Shown here: positions 12,401-27,400 of the stretch, one piece after another | How positions within the stretch are numbered: position 1 is the stretch's first letter | Layout of the letters: each line of letters begins with the position of its first letter | DNA from: Podarcis filfolensis | Lineage: Eukaryota | Assembly: GCA_964270895.1 (NCBI GenBank) | Contig: OZ185442.1 | Reading direction: 5' to 3' (one strand) | DNA length: 64,000 bases | The notes under the pieces: model-generated | The model's database searches: none | Told to the model about the DNA's origin: nothing | What the model saw: only the letters and a program-made list of their open reading frames with translations | Position numbers and translations under genes: made by a program

Positions 12401-15400
12401 CTATGATTTTCCAAAAAATGGATTTGTTTCTTGTGTTTAAAAGGGGTAAATTGAATTGTGTAGATAAAAAGAGTGGGGGAAGCACATCAGGGATGAAGCT
12501 TCATGGGAACCCTGATAGTTGTCCAGGAATGCCCCCTTCCCCAAAAGCTAGTTCTGGCATCTGTCGGGTGCCAGCAGACTGAGGACAGAGGGGGTGCTTT
12601 GTGAATAAGGAAGCCTTGCTGCCTGTGTTGCTGAACCCTGTGGATCCATTACAGTCAAGTCCAGCTTATGACGTGGGTGAATCTGAACACCTGAGTGTCT
12701 TGATCTGGAACTGTGTTAGGAGTCTGTGGAGGACTTGGGTGACGGTTTTAGGCTTTATTGTGACAGAGAGGAGCACATGTCATGGACTTCTGCACTGAGG
12801 TGGGAGTGAGTTCCACTCAGGTCAGCAAGTAAAAGTGTGAATGGCTTTGCTTTTGCCAGCCTTAGGGCCCTCTCATCTGTTTTGGACCATCAGCTTTCCC
12901 CAGCAGAGCTGATGGGAGCTGCAATCCAAAACAGCTGGATAGGCACCAGTTTGGTGAAGGCTATACAGTAAGCCTGAAATTTATGCGGGGTGTGTGTGTT
13001 TACATTCTGGGGATAGCACCGAAAGTCAAAATCACATATAGTCAAAACACGTTGGAGGATATTGTGAAAGTGTCCGTCCCCCCCGATGCCTGCCCCCCCT
13101 AATTTATTTGCCAAGCACATAAAGCTGAATTCGCACAAATTAAATATATGTAAGTTACAAGTATACTGTATCTAGTTTCTGAAGCTGAACTAATTAGAGC
13201 CCTCCTATATGAGTTGCTCAGTTGCTTGTTCCTTTGCCTGCTGCCTCCACAGGATTGGCTGGGAGTTTGGTGGGCCAGTCCGCTGTTGGTATTTAATTCT
13301 TTAGAATGGCTGTTTTCCATATCTGAGTTATTTGAAGCTGGTGGTCTACAGATGAAAAGAAATACACAGCTTAAGATCCTGATTTGTGTGCTGCCCCTGC
13401 AAAAGGCCAAGCTGGAGAGTGCTTAACTTGGCAAGCATAGGTGACAGGAACACTGAAGCAGCCTTGTATCCATTCAGACCATTGGCTCAGTATTCTCTAC
13501 CCTAACTGGCCGTGTCCCTGCAGGGCTTTCTTTTGGGGGGGTATTTGCAGCACTACTAGGGATTGCACCAGCAGGGGAAATGTTTTCTGCTATAGTGGTA
13601 ATTTCTAAATGGTTTCATTGGCAGAGTGAATGTGAGGAAATTGAACAGTGAAGTGTCTGTTAAAATGTTACATATTTATTTGTTTATTATTAAATTTGTT
13701 AGTCACTTTATATTTCCCAAGGCAACCCAAAGCGACTTACAGCCAGTTACAATTCATATTAATATATCTATGCATTGTCTAAATCCTGTGTAATCTCTGG
13801 CACTGTATTTAAAACGTGTGAATAAGCTATTTTGTTTCTATGGATGGAAGACAACTGGAAAGTGTTCATGTACCCATTTCCAAGCTGAGTGGACACTATG
13901 TTAGTTAACATTACAGTCTCTTCTTCAGCCCCACTTTTTTTTTTTACTTCAGTTGAATCCATGTTGCCCCCCTGGTATCTCCATCCTTGGCAGTATTGCT
14001 GTTTAATTCTTCCCTTTTGCCCCCATTCATCTCCATAAAACTGCAGCCAAATTCTTTCCCTTCTGCCCCTTGAACAAGAAACCCCCTTGGTCTTTTTGCT
14101 GGTAACTAAACTGGACTTGCTACTTAGCATCTATTGTGGAAGCCTGAACTCTAGGGAGGACAACTGCTTGACCTGGAGTTCCTGTAGGGCTCCATTGCGG
14201 GAAGATGCAAAGAGAAGAGCATCTTGATGCAGAAGTGGGGATCTTGCCACCATGGGCATATCTCTTTCTAGTGGCTTCTAATCTTGCATTTTGATGGTTC
14301 AATGCAATTTATACCTGTGAAGCCATAGAAGTTTCTCTAGCTCTGCAAAAGCCTGCTCTGACTCAGATTCCTCAATCTGGCGCTTAATAGTTAAGTGGCA
14401 TTCTGCGTTTTTTTTCCTTTCTGGAGTGTGGAAAGAAGCTGTGTGGATTCTTACTATTAACTTCTGGTGGAAAGATCTAAAATCTGTGAGAGGTTGCTAA
14501 CCATTTGTTCTCTGAGCTTCTATCTGCTTCATTAGTTCATTGTTTTTGTAATAGCGTTTTGTTATCCCTCCTGCCAACTCCATCATTTTTTTAAAAAGAA
14601 CTAAATTAGCTGCATCTCATATGTTTTAGTTAAGTTACATTGTCTGGGTTGGTGTATTTTTATTAACCTGTGGGATTTATTTTGATCTACATCACAATTT
14701 TTGTTTGACAGATACTCTGTGTTTGTGTGTGTTATTTAGAGAGAGCAAATGAGAACAAACTGTTCTGTTGGCTGCAGGCATAAACGTCTTGTCTGATCAT
14801 TTTCTTGTGGTTAGGAGGAGAGCAAGAAACTGTTTTCACTTCAGTTGTATTCTGACCCAGATGTGATTATGATATAAATGAGGGGGAGGGAGAGGCTCTC
14901 AAAGAAGGTCCACACTTCTTGCTGTAGCTTCCTTGTGCCTTGAGTATTCTTCTCCTTTTACCACAGTCCAAGTGTCTGAAGGCCATGCTGCCCCTTTGTC
15001 ATGAACGTGTGTGTGATGGTGATGATGGAAATAACTGTAGTAGCCTTTGTGAAGAGTTTCTGTTGTCCATATTTGTTCTACAAACTTCTTTCTTGACCTT
15101 CTAAATATTGGCATCCATCTTCTTTCTTCTGTAATTAGATGAATTTGATGCCTATATCATTGTGTCCTTCGTCAATGCCACCCTGGTACTGTCTATCGGA
15201 GAAACTGTAGAGGAGGTTACAGACTCAGGATTCCTTGGTACTACGCCCACCTTGTCTTGCTCATTGTTGGGAGATGATGCTTTGGTGCAGGTAAGGGGCC
15301 TTTTACCTCTTCGTGTTCTGCTTGCCTTTTGCAGCCAGGCCCCTTGGCCTTCTCAAGAGATGCAAGGAGAGAGGGTTTGGTTGTGGTGCTCCCCTGGCAT

Positions 15401-18400
15401 GGATGGGGTGGTGGTAGCTAATTTAATAGTTGTGACTGCAAACTGGCTAGAGGATAAGGTCACCTTTAAGGTTGGGAAAGGGTTGTTTCAAGAGCCTTTC
15501 AAAGTAAGATTCCCTTGGTGTTCTGCTCTTGCTAAAAAACGTTTAGTCTTCTACTGCATTATTTTAACTGGTTGCATAGACTAATATTCCCTGTGATTTT
15601 TGTTTTCTTTTGTTTTTAAAGGTAGATAGGAGCTTGTGGGATCTTGATCATTTACCTTGGTGGCACTTTTCAAGTTGCTGTTTGTTGACTTTGCCCTCTC
15701 TCAGCTAGATATAATGAGAGCACTTGATGGTGAACAGCAGAAATTAGTTGTGTGAATGAGATAAAGATTATAGATCACTTTGCAAACTAAAAAGCTGTAT
15801 AGGTAGGCATGGAAATCTTGCCACGTACTTGTGGCAAATAGGCTACAGATGAGCAGGCTGAGTAAGCTTTAGTAAACCAGATAAGAGGTGCTGGTTCTTC
15901 TGCTTCCCTTGTTGACCTCTGGTGTGTCCAAATGACAGTAAAAAACTGTATGTGAGCAAGCAGTTTAGGAAAAATTTTTAAAAGGCTAGGCTGATAACTT
16001 CTGTGAACTGACTTGCAAGGCTAGCCTAATAATGGAAAGAACAGCAAAGGCAGTTCCTGTCAGATGGACTGACACAGCATCTTATTTCTGTATTTGTTTA
16101 GGTTTATCCTGATGGCATCCGGCACATCAGAGCAGATAAAAGAGTTAATGAGTGGAAAACGCCAGGGAAGAAAACCATCGTCAAATGTGCTGTGAATCAG
16201 AGACAAGTGGTGATCGCACTGACAGGGGGAGAGCTGGTCTACTTTGAGATGGACCCGGTACGTGAGCTTAGCTGGAGGGAGATGTGACTTTCATGAGGGT
16301 TTGCAGACTAGGCTTGCAGTGGAAACAAATGAGAACCGCATCACAGCATTCTTGGGCTCCTTATGTCGCTTTCCTTCATTTCAGGGGTTCTTGTGCAGGA
16401 GAACATTCAGGTGATTTGTGCCATTTGGGTGGGGTGGGTGTTTGGGGTTTCTTTGGTGGGCCATTGCAAAGACTGGCATATTTTTAAGACCAGCTTATCT
16501 CTGATAAACTTGGTGGTCTTCAAAGTGCTCCAGGTTTCCTACCTCAAAAGGTCAAACAAGCAGTGTCACTTGTCATCATACATGGTTCAAAGAATTTACT
16601 GCACAGTATTTACTGATCTGAAATGGGTCTGGTTCTGCTAATCCAGGTGTGACTTCCTTTCTCCATTGTGCCTTTTTTCCACACCAGTCAGGGCAGCTGA
16701 ATGAATACACAGAGAGGAAGGAGATGTCTGCTGATGTGGTGTGCATGAGCTTGGCCAACGTTCCCCCAGGAGAGCAGCGCTCCCGGTTCCTTGCTGTTGG
16801 GCTGGTGGACAACACTGTGCGCATCATTTCCCTCGACCCCTCTGTAAGTGCTTCCTGAGAGTCGCTTGCCTGTAGCTAAGCCTTTGCTGACCCGAATTTT
16901 AAAAAGTATTGTAACCAAAACTACCACCCCCCCAAAAAAAAAATTGAGTGAGAGGAAGTTCCAGGGGTGGTTAGCAGGGCTTTCCTTTCTTTGGATGTGA
17001 GAATGCACTAGACTGACTTTGGTTTGTTTCCTAATATGAAAGGAGAGCATATTGGAAGCAAGCAGACTCATAAAGTGGGCAATACAACTGCTGGTGCTTC
17101 ATCAGAAACCCAAAAGCATTAGAAACTCCTCCAGTCCCCGAATATGTCTTCCAGTTTTAGCAAACTCCCTCTGAACTCTAGCATGCTCTTTTCCCAACCC
17201 AAACTGCAGTTGCTTTCTCTCCCCTCCCCTTCTTTTTTTGATAGCCTGCCTCTTAATTTGAAGGTTCAGGCATTCCAAAGGGCTTGATGCCAGTAAGGCG
17301 CATCAAGCCTCTGGTCAATCTTCAGTGGCCATATAATAGGTCAATTCACAATAATCAAGGTGTATGTTGTACACTAGCTTTCTCCAACCTGATGACTTCT
17401 AGAGGGTTTGAACTACAACTCACCCCAGCCCTAGCCAGTTTGGCTGAGGATTATGGGAGTTGTATTCCAAACTTTTGGAAGATAGTGGGTTGCCTGAAAG
17501 AAGGCCAGAGCTAAAAATGATTCTTTAAAGACTTCCTCAGATGAAATTAATCTTCCCACAGATTGCTCCAAATGGAGAAACACTTTGAGCTGGTTGGCAT
17601 AATCAACATTGCCATGTGCTTCTTCAGTCTATCTCTTCAGACTGCTGGGGGATGTGGTTGAATGCCCTCCTACATAGAAAATTGGCAGGTCAGCCTAGTC
17701 TTCAAATGTGCCAGGCATTTTTATACAAAGGAGAATCCAGCCATTTACAGTTCCTCACCTGATGTCTGAAGTTGTTCAGGGTAGCAACAAAGATCTTATG
17801 TGTTATGCTTTGCTCTTTCTCTCTGCTTTGTAATGGTGTCTTCCTTCTCCATCCCTTAGGACTGTCTTCAGCCGCTGAGTATGCAAGCTCTCCCTGCCCA
17901 GCCAGAATCACTGTGCATTGTGGAAATGGGTGGAGCTGAGAAGCAGGATGAACTGGGAGAGCGGGGCTCGATTGGCTTCTTGTACCTGAACATTGGCTTG
18001 CAGGTGAGCAATTACTGCCCAGAACCTTTGCTGGATCCTCGATATATGGGATTGGACCAGGTCTTGCTGCATTTGACTGGGCTGCGTGGGAACCATACTC
18101 TTGAGTTTGTACAACCCTATAGAGACATGTTCCACACACCCTCCCAGAAGGCCTGCCAGAAGGGAACACTGCGTCCCTCTTGCCACCTTCTTCACTGTTC
18201 CAGAGTTCCCGAGGAACAGAGCCCTCTCCCGCTTTATTAAGGCAGACTCTAATCCCATTGTGAAGGGTACCTTCTCTCTGCTGGGGAGGAGGGTGGAGGT
18301 GTTAGAGCTCATCTTCCAGCGGGCCAGGGGTCTTTTTATTTAGGTGGGGGTGAAGTGGGAGTAGCCTACACTTTAAGCTATTTCACAAAAAAGCCTTTTT

Positions 18401-21400
18401 TAGTTTGTTAAAGGAGGAAACAGCAGCTTTGTAGCAGTGTTGTGCTTAATTTTGTACATGCCAGAGAGAACCTGGAAATAGTAAGACTTCCGAAGTCAGG
18501 AGCTGAAGATACATTGGTATTCTGAGTTCATCTGGTGCCTCTTTTTCTCTCTGCCTGCCCTTGTCCCTCTCCCCCCACCTTGCTTTGCTCATCTGCCCTT
18601 GTAACCCAGAACGGTGTGCTTCTCCGAACTGTCCTTGATCCAGTTACTGGTGACCTCTCTGACACAAGGACCAGGTATCTGGGCTCGCGCCCTGTGAAGC
18701 TCTTCCGAGTTCGGATGCAAGGCCAAGAAGCGGTGAGTGAGCGGGGAATCAGAGGAGTGCACTCGTGAAAAGCTGGAGGGGGAGGAACAAAAACTTCAGG
18801 AGGACTGTGAATCTGGTGACTTAAGATCTTTTAGAAATTTGGGGTGGGATGAGTTCACAACTAAATTCCTTGTTTACCATCTGGTACAGAGGGAAAATAC
18901 ATGCTATTGGATGGGGGGGTGAGTGAGGGAGAAAACAAGTGTTGATGAGACCAGGGGAAAGGAAATATCTTGGCCTGCTTCTGGGTCCTGCTCATTTTAG
19001 CTGCTTGTGGGAAAGGGAGGGGGATATTAAAGAAGGAGGAAGTACTCAGTGTCCTTTGTTTGCCTGGCTCTTGCTGCTGTAGTCATTGCACCTGATTTAC
19101 AGAGTCCAAGGTGTTTTCAAAAGTTGGTGATAAAGTAGCCAGGCTTGTGGTCTTCAGGATCATATTGTTGTAGAGCTGGAAGGGACCCTGTGGGTCATCT
19201 AGTCCATCACCATGCAATGCAGGAATCTCAATTTGGCCACCTCACACCTTCTCTTATGCCGCTGGCTTGGGGACTCCTAGAGCCTGTAATTAGTTCTGCC
19301 TCCACTGCCCTGCCAACAGAGCCTTTGATTGCGGACTGCTAGGAGAAGAAGGCAGCCAGCTGGGTTCCCAGAGGTGTGAGCTGCTCTGTCCCATTTGCTG
19401 TTCTCTCCCTGAGTTTTCTCTCTCTTCTTTTCCTCCTGCTCCAGGTGCTGGCCATGTCAAGCCGTTCTTGGCTGAGTTACTCCTATCAGTCCCGCTTCCA
19501 CTTAACACCCCTCTCATATGAAACGTTGGAGTTTGCCTCTGGCTTTGCTTCAGAGCAGTGTCCAGAGGGCATAGTAGCCATCTCAACAAACACACTGAGG
19601 TTCGTATCAAAATGCCAGCGGTGGGGAAGGAAACAAATAATGGAACCTGTTTGCCTTCTCTCTTGGCACACAGGACTATCTGTCTGTCTTGCTTGTCTGT
19701 CCCAAGATCCTTCCTGTGCAAAGCAGGGGCAGCTGGTGCCCAAAAGGGTTGCCCCGAACGCCTCCTTTCTACATGACCTTGCATGGGTCCACTCTGCGTT
19801 GAGTGGCTTGATCTGACCTCCTTCCCAGTTGCTCAAGATGGGAAGGGGAGCTATACATGGCAGCCACCCACCCATGGCAACCCACCTGAAACATGACTGG
19901 TTGTTGGGAGGAGATTATTCCTTGGTGGTAGCCAGTCTGTGGAGTGTTCACTTCAGAAGCTGCTCTACTTTTTCACAAAGCGTTAGGTGGTTCTGAAATA
20001 GCAGCCATGTTGGTTTTGTTGAAGGCCTACTTGATTTATCTTCAGGGGCAGGAGGTAGCTGTTTCTCCTGATCTTGAATACTAAAGGGGGTTACCTGCCA
20101 TGCTGATATCCACAGGCTTTCCTGCATGAAGCTCCATAGAATACAAAGTACTGTGAATTGGCTGTCAGGGGTGGCCATTGTAAATTAGCCTGCAAAAGTA
20201 ACTAGTCCCTAGTCATCATGCAAGTGCAGGTGAATATACAACACTCTTCCTTCCACTAAGCAGACTGAAGGAGGAGGGGCACAAGGACCCTTTCCTCCTG
20301 TGCCTTTCACTCACACACTCATGGAGCTCCCCATCACTGATGGCTACCAGGCAAGTTGCCAGTTTTCAGGTTGAAAATGTCCCGCTCTGCTTGATGGAAG
20401 GTGGTTCATGCCACAGATGCCTGCCCACCAGGGAGGCTCCATTGTTCGGCTTGGATGTCCTTTTAGTTCCTTTAAGGTGGCTCACTGGGATAAGCTTAAT
20501 GTCTGCAACTTTTTGGCTCCCACAGGATTTTGGCCCTGGAGAAGCTTGGAGCTGTCTTCAACCAGGTTGCCTTCCCGTTGCAGTACACTCCTAGGAAGTT
20601 TGTCATCCACCCTGAGAGCAACAACCTAATCATCATTGAGACGGACCACAATGCTTATACTGAGGCCACTAAAGCCCAAAGGAAGCAGCAGATGGCGGAG
20701 GTAACATGCCTGGCTTCTGCCTCGGGCCCAGCTCTCACCAAAGAAGGGCAGGGACAGGATTCTGTTAGCTGGAGCTTCTTTTGCTGCTGCTGCACTTGGT
20801 GGGGAAGTCGTCGCAACACAGTGCAGAGCAGTCACCACTTTCCTTTCTAGAGAGGAGGCTAGTCTGCTTTTGTAACCCATGGAAAAGCTCACTTACTTTC
20901 TGCACCTCAGTTAGGACTGCCTAATCATCATAATCACAAGAAGCAGTGGTGGCCACCAACTTCGATGGCTTTAAAAGAGCATTAAACAACTTCACAGAGA
21001 AGTAGATTATCAGTTGCCTACTAACCATGATGACTATATTCTGTCTCCATTGCCAAAAGCAGCATGCCTCTAAATGCCAGTTGTTGGGAATGACTTAGGT
21101 CCTGCTTGGGCTTCCAAGAGGCATCTGTTTTGGCCACTGTGAGAACAGGATGCTGCACTAGAGATAGAGCAGGCAGCTCTTACAGTCCTTTTTTTTGCCC
21201 CCTTGTGCATTGCAGGAAATGGTGGAAGCTGCAGGGGAAGATGAGAGGGAACTAGCTGCAGAGATGGCGGCAGCGTTTCTGAATGAGAACCTTCCCGAGT
21301 CCATCTTTGGTGCCCCAAAAGCAGGAAATGGACAATGGGCGTCTGTTGTCCGGGTGATGAACCCCATCCAAGGAAACACTTTAGATCTAGTCCAGCTGGA

Positions 21401-24400
21401 GCAAAATGAAGCTGCCTTCAGGTAAGGAACAGTGTCTGCACCTCTGAAGCAAGTTACCATTTTGAACACTGCCCTTTCTGCTAAATAATAAAAATTACTC
21501 TTTATACCAGGTCATACTTTGGTCATACTTGAAGTACACCAGTCAAACCAAATATTTACTTATACTATTGTTGCCAGATTACTCTAGAATCTAATTAAAT
21601 AAAGCAAAAAAGTGGTCTATCTGAAGTTGTTTGGGGCCGATACTCGGCAGTCATTTACCATGATCTGCTCAGCTGACAACGGCCCTAATTAAATCTCATT
21701 GAGTTTGCATATTGCATTTCTATGCTGCCTTAGCTCAAGCAAATGGTACAACATACTCTTCGCTACTGCCTTCCCCCAAAGTGTTCTCTCTTGTTCTTTG
21801 TTGCTGTGAAGCAACTGCTTCTTTTGCCTTCCCAGTCTTCCCTTGTCTTGTTAAGTAACATTATCGTTCTGGCTCTCTACAGTGTGGCAGTGTGCCGATT
21901 TGCCAATGGTGGTGACGACTGGCATGTTCTAGTGGGCGTAGCCAAGGACCTCATCCTGAACCCACGCTCTGTGGCTGGAGGCTTTGTCTACACCTATAAG
22001 TTGATAAACAGTGGGGAGAAGCTTGAGTTCTTGCACAAGGTGAGAATTTCCTCCACTTGTGGTTGGAGGGGGAGGAATCTGGGAAGATGAACATGGATGG
22101 GGCTTGCCAAGAGGTTGCTAAAATGTACTTATGAGACCTGACTCTTTGGGATGGAAATCTCTTGGTTGGGAACAGAGGACCATCACTGTTAGTAACTACT
22201 CCACAAATGGTTTTCCTTCTGTCCACAAAACAGCAGCTGTATCAAAAATCACATTGGATTTTGCCTGTGTTTGCCATGCAAAAAATATGCACATTGCTTG
22301 CTGCCAGGGAAATTTGAGCAATTAAAGTAGTAATGGTGTGACAGTTGCAGTTATCTAATGGACATTTGAAGCAAAACAAGCATAGACCTGTGAATGGGTC
22401 ATTTATAGGTGATCTGACTTGAGCTTTTGCAGCACCTGATGGTGGTTGCTGAATACTTTGGCTTCTGTTGGTGTGGAGAAAACCAACAATGTACAGAGCA
22501 CTGCAAAAGTTGAATTCTCCCTCCTTGTAGATACCTAGCAGCCTGGACCTGTGTGGAGGCAGGTTCTTTTGTTGGGCAGGAGCTGGACTAGGAGACCCCT
22601 TACTAGAGGCAGTTTGTCCTTTTGGCTTGCAATGTCATCTCTTCCCCAGTGGATGCAAATGGGTACTTGATTCAAGTGGGCCCCAAAACTCACTGGTGGT
22701 GGATCTGCATCCTTTGCCAGGGCTGAAACTTGCCCATCCCTGCAGTGGCGGGGCGTCATCTATGCAGTGAGGATAGTATTAATTATCTTTGTTTAGACTG
22801 CTTGACTAAGGCTTCTTCTCTTTCATTTCCTTTCTGTTCAGACCCCAGTAGAGGAGGTACCAGCTGCTATTGCCCCCTTCCAAGGCAGAGTGCTCATTGG
22901 TGTGGGGAAACTCTTACGGGTATATGACTTGGGCAAGAAGAAGCTGCTCCGGAAGTGTGAGAATAAGGTATTTAGAATGTTGTGTTTGTGTGTGCAGATC
23001 TCCTGGAAGCTGCATTTCCTAATGCAGACATACCCTATCACTTTTAACAAATTTGGTTGAAACCTTTGAACTTTTTTCAAGTTCCAGGGAAACTTTCTCT
23101 TGCCCAGAGCTTTGACTTCCTTCAGATTGCTTAAGGGGCAAGTCTTCAGGGCTGTTTCCACCCTCTCTGTACCTTTCTTTCCCTTGGGAATAGAATTGAG
23201 AATCTGAGGTTCAAAGGTGTGGTCTTGTGTTTTATGAAGCTATGGCCTGTGATTCACACAAGGTGATAGTTGAAAGTTTTGGATTTTTTTTTTTAGTCGT
23301 TCCTGACACCAACTTTATAATGGTGTAGTGAACCGTCTGCATAAAAGGGCACAGAGCAGCCTGGAGCCCTCCAAATGTTTTGGACTGCAACTCTCATCAG
23401 CTCCTGTCAGTGTGGCCAATGGTCAAGGATGATGGGATTTGTAGTTCTGGCGGGTTCTGGGTTATAGAAAGTAGAAAGAGGAAGATTTTCATATTTCACA
23501 TATTTGCTTTTTCCTTGTTTGTTTGGCCTTCTGAGTATTTCTAGAATCAGGAGAGCTCCCTAGAATGATGTTAGCAGTGGTTCTCGGTGCACATCCAGGT
23601 ATAGAAGGTGATCACAGATAAGCAATGTCCCAACTCCCCTTTTCTCTCTTAGAAAGCTACAGCTGTTGCACTATAAATGATCATAGCCTTGCAGAGAGAT
23701 GCCAGTGATGTTCAGATTTCATTTGCGTAGTGGCTCAGGAAGGGATTTTGGGGCTTGCCTTGAACAGCCTCCCTTTTCTGCTTTTTGAACTGTTTTTCTG
23801 AATTGCTGTCGTTTCCCAGCACATTGCCAACTACATCTGTGGGATCCAAACCATTGGGCACCGAGTGATCGTCTCGGATGTCCAGGAGAGCTTCATCTGG
23901 GTGCGCTACAAGAGGAACGAGAACCAGCTGATCATTTTTGCAGATGACACCCACCCCCGCTGGGTCACCACTGCCTGCCTTCTCGACTATGACACAGTGG
24001 CTGGAGCTGACAAGTTTGGCAACATCTGTGTGGTGAGTCAGCCTGAAGGCAGCCAGGAAACTCCTGGGGCTCATTTGAGAACTGTCCTGCTATTTTGATT
24101 CCCTGATGCGGGAGACGCCAGGGAAACCCCTGCCTTTTGCTTTTGCTAAGCACCATTTAGCTGGTGGCCTGTGAGACCTTTCTCCCACACTCACACGCTG
24201 CTGTCATGGGCGGTGGCAACTTCCTCTGGACTTTTCTGCCAAAGTGCACACCTTGTGACTGTTCTGTTAATGGAGACATATGCTTTGTTGCTCTCCTTTT
24301 GTGGCCTGGATTACACACCACAGTCAGCCCACAGCTAAAAACAGGCTGCGGATTTATGTGGTTGTGTTGGTGCATGCTGCTGAAAAGTTCTTGCTCTGCT

Positions 24401-27400
24401 CCTCGCCTGCTGCTGCTGCGATGGCTTGTTGTGACTTCCAGACCTCATCCTGTTGGTTTGTTTGCTTCCAACAAGCACAGGCAATGAGTCAAGAACAAAC
24501 CTTGGCTAACTCTCATGGTTTGTTGGGGGAGAAACATGCTGTGAACCCAGGTTGGGGCACTCACTGTGGTTTGATGTGACATGCAGAGTGTTTGCTTGTT
24601 TGGGCTTTTCTGAATTCATGCTTACAACACCTTCTAGTTATTCCCATTTGCCACTGAGGCCACGTGTGAGTTTGACTCTCTTGATGCCTCCTCCTGTAGG
24701 TGCGGCTGCCGCCCAACACAAATGATGAGGTAGATGAGGACCCAACTGGAAACAAGGCGTTGTGGGATAGAGGCCTTCTTAATGGGGCTTCTCAAAAGGT
24801 AACTTTGGTGTAGGGAAGGGGGTGCTTCCTCAGGTGAGAAACTGGAGGCTCTTTCTAGTTCTCTGGTTATTTATTAACTTCATTACCTGCCTTTTTCTGG
24901 AACCAGCAACTTCCTTTTTAAGAATATATAAATCTATGCATAAATCTACTGATAAAAAACATGTTACGGTGAATTGGTTTTTAAAAGCCAGAGTATCCGT
25001 ATGGAATTAATAACATGTCTGTCTGCCGGTTGAAGCCTGAAAGGGCTTTTGAAATTAACTTCTGTGTCTACATAAATGCAATGTGGAGCAGAGTTAAACC
25101 CCTGCACAGAGTGAAATTGTACTCCTGTGGTCAAGCAGGTGCCTTTGGAGCTTTGTAATTAGGGTTGTTTGTAGTTGTTGCTTTTTTTGTGTGTGTGCAC
25201 AAAGGAATAGGGATTTTTAAAAAGTTCACAGAAAAATCTCTTCCATGTTCTTGAAATGCTGTAACATGATACAGGCAAAACTTTTGTGATTTCCCCCTAC
25301 TCTGTTTTGAGAAGTTCCTGGGGAGAGGAGGGACAGTTTTCCTTTCCAATAGGGGAACATTGGACCCCTGTTAGTTAAATGAAACTTGAAACAGTATGGG
25401 GGAGAAACAACCCAGGACAACTGACCCCATGTAATTGTTGAGCCAGTATAGGGAGTATGAAGTGATTCAGGTTTGCTTAATTTTTTATTTTATTTGCAAT
25501 GTCTTCTGAGGTTCATAGCACCCCTGTTACTGTAGGAGAGATAACCCTCCTACACAATTTTATTTTTTACACTTAGCTAGCAGGAAGTAAATTTTAAGAC
25601 ATATTTCAACAGTCATCCTGTTTTAGGGGGGGATAATTTAATTGACACTGCATTTTAGAAATGTGAAATACAGTCCTAATGAAATACTGTGCTCATAATG
25701 GAAGGGGTCCAATGTACTCCAGTAGCCTAATAGCACCTCCCTCCCCAAGCATTACACATAGGAAATCATTGTTGCAAGTTTGCATTATAAGTGTGTTTAG
25801 AAATGTCCTCACCAACCACTGGAAGTGATAAATGTAGGTTTTCTTTGATGAAAATGAGATTGTCTTGATTTAATGCGTTATCTTAGGTCACCTACTGAAC
25901 TCTTGCTTGTCTTCCTTTCAGGCAGAGGTGATTATGAACTACCATGTAGGGGAAACAGTCCTGTCCCTGCAGAAGACAACTCTAATCCCCGGAGGCTCTG
26001 AATCTCTTGTCTACACGACCTTATCTGGGGGCATTGGCATTCTGGTCCCGTTTACATCACATGAGGTAGGAAGTTCTTGTATGATGGAAATATTAAGAGT
26101 TGTTCATCTACATAGTGCAGCAGGAGCACTTAATGCCCTGCAGTAGTGACAGTGAGTTATGGGAGGATGGAAGACAAAGCTGAAAGGCAGGGGAGGCTCT
26201 GCCACTCCCTGCCCACAGTTGGCCTCTTGGCTCTTCCTTGTGTGGATCAGAAATGGATCTGCTTTAATGCACGTACTGAGCTTGGCTGCTGAGCTTGGCT
26301 GACCTGAGTTGCCTATGGCTCTCTTTGCTCTCTGTAATATCTCCCCCCTCCCCAGTGCATACACTGATACCTGGCAATAGAATGTACTCTAAAAACCTTT
26401 GCTGACACAGGTGACACCCACATTTGCCAGTTGGCTCTGCCCATGAGGCATGACTGAAATTTTATCGCATGACAGAATGAAGCAGAGCTAAAAAGGACTC
26501 AGGGAAATTTTGGCATTTGGTTGCCCAAGGTACAAATGGGCTGGGCTACTTGTTAGAAGCATCTGTCCAAGGAAAGGACTGGGTGACATATTTTACAGGA
26601 ATATATGGCCCCCGCTCTGACTCACCCTCACAAGTTTACTATACTCAGTTATTATAACTGCCAGAATGGCCAGACATCACCCCCCAATCAGATTAAGAGG
26701 CTAATCATAAGCCAACTAGCCAATAAAGGTCCAGGAGAAGACATGAGCCCAGTGGAGATTTATAAGATAAATCTCTGGATTTCTGGTCCCCATTTTTGCA
26801 AAACTGTTTTCATATATTAACAGCTCAGGTCACATACCGGAAGGGTGGAAGCTGAGTATAATTGCCCCAATATATAAAAAGGTTGATAAGAAAAATCCTG
26901 CCAATTATAGACCCATTAGTTTGTTAGATGTAGCCTCTAAACTATATGCCAGGCTCCTTCTTGGGAGACTGGAAGAATGGGCAGATACAAATAAGGTGAT
27001 ATCTGAAGTCCAGGCAGGTTTCTAAAGAGGGAAATCCACATTGGACCAGTGCTTTGTGATGAACTTCCTGCTATTTATATACATCCTTCCCCAAAATGAT
27101 GCATGCCCGCCTGCAGAGGACTCACTCTCTCCAGGACAGGGGTGAGCAACCTTTTTCAGCCGTGGGCCGGTTCACTATCCCTCAGACCATCTGGTGGGCT
27201 GGACTATATTTTGAAAAAAAGATATTGAATGAATTCCTATGCCCCACAAATAACCCAGAGAGGCATTTTAAATAAAAGCACACAGTCTACTCATGTAAAA
27301 ACACACTGATTCCCAGACCATCCGCAGACCGGATTTAGAAGGCAATTGGGCCGCATCCGGCCCCCGGGCCTTAGGTTGCCTACCCCTGCTCTAGGAAATT

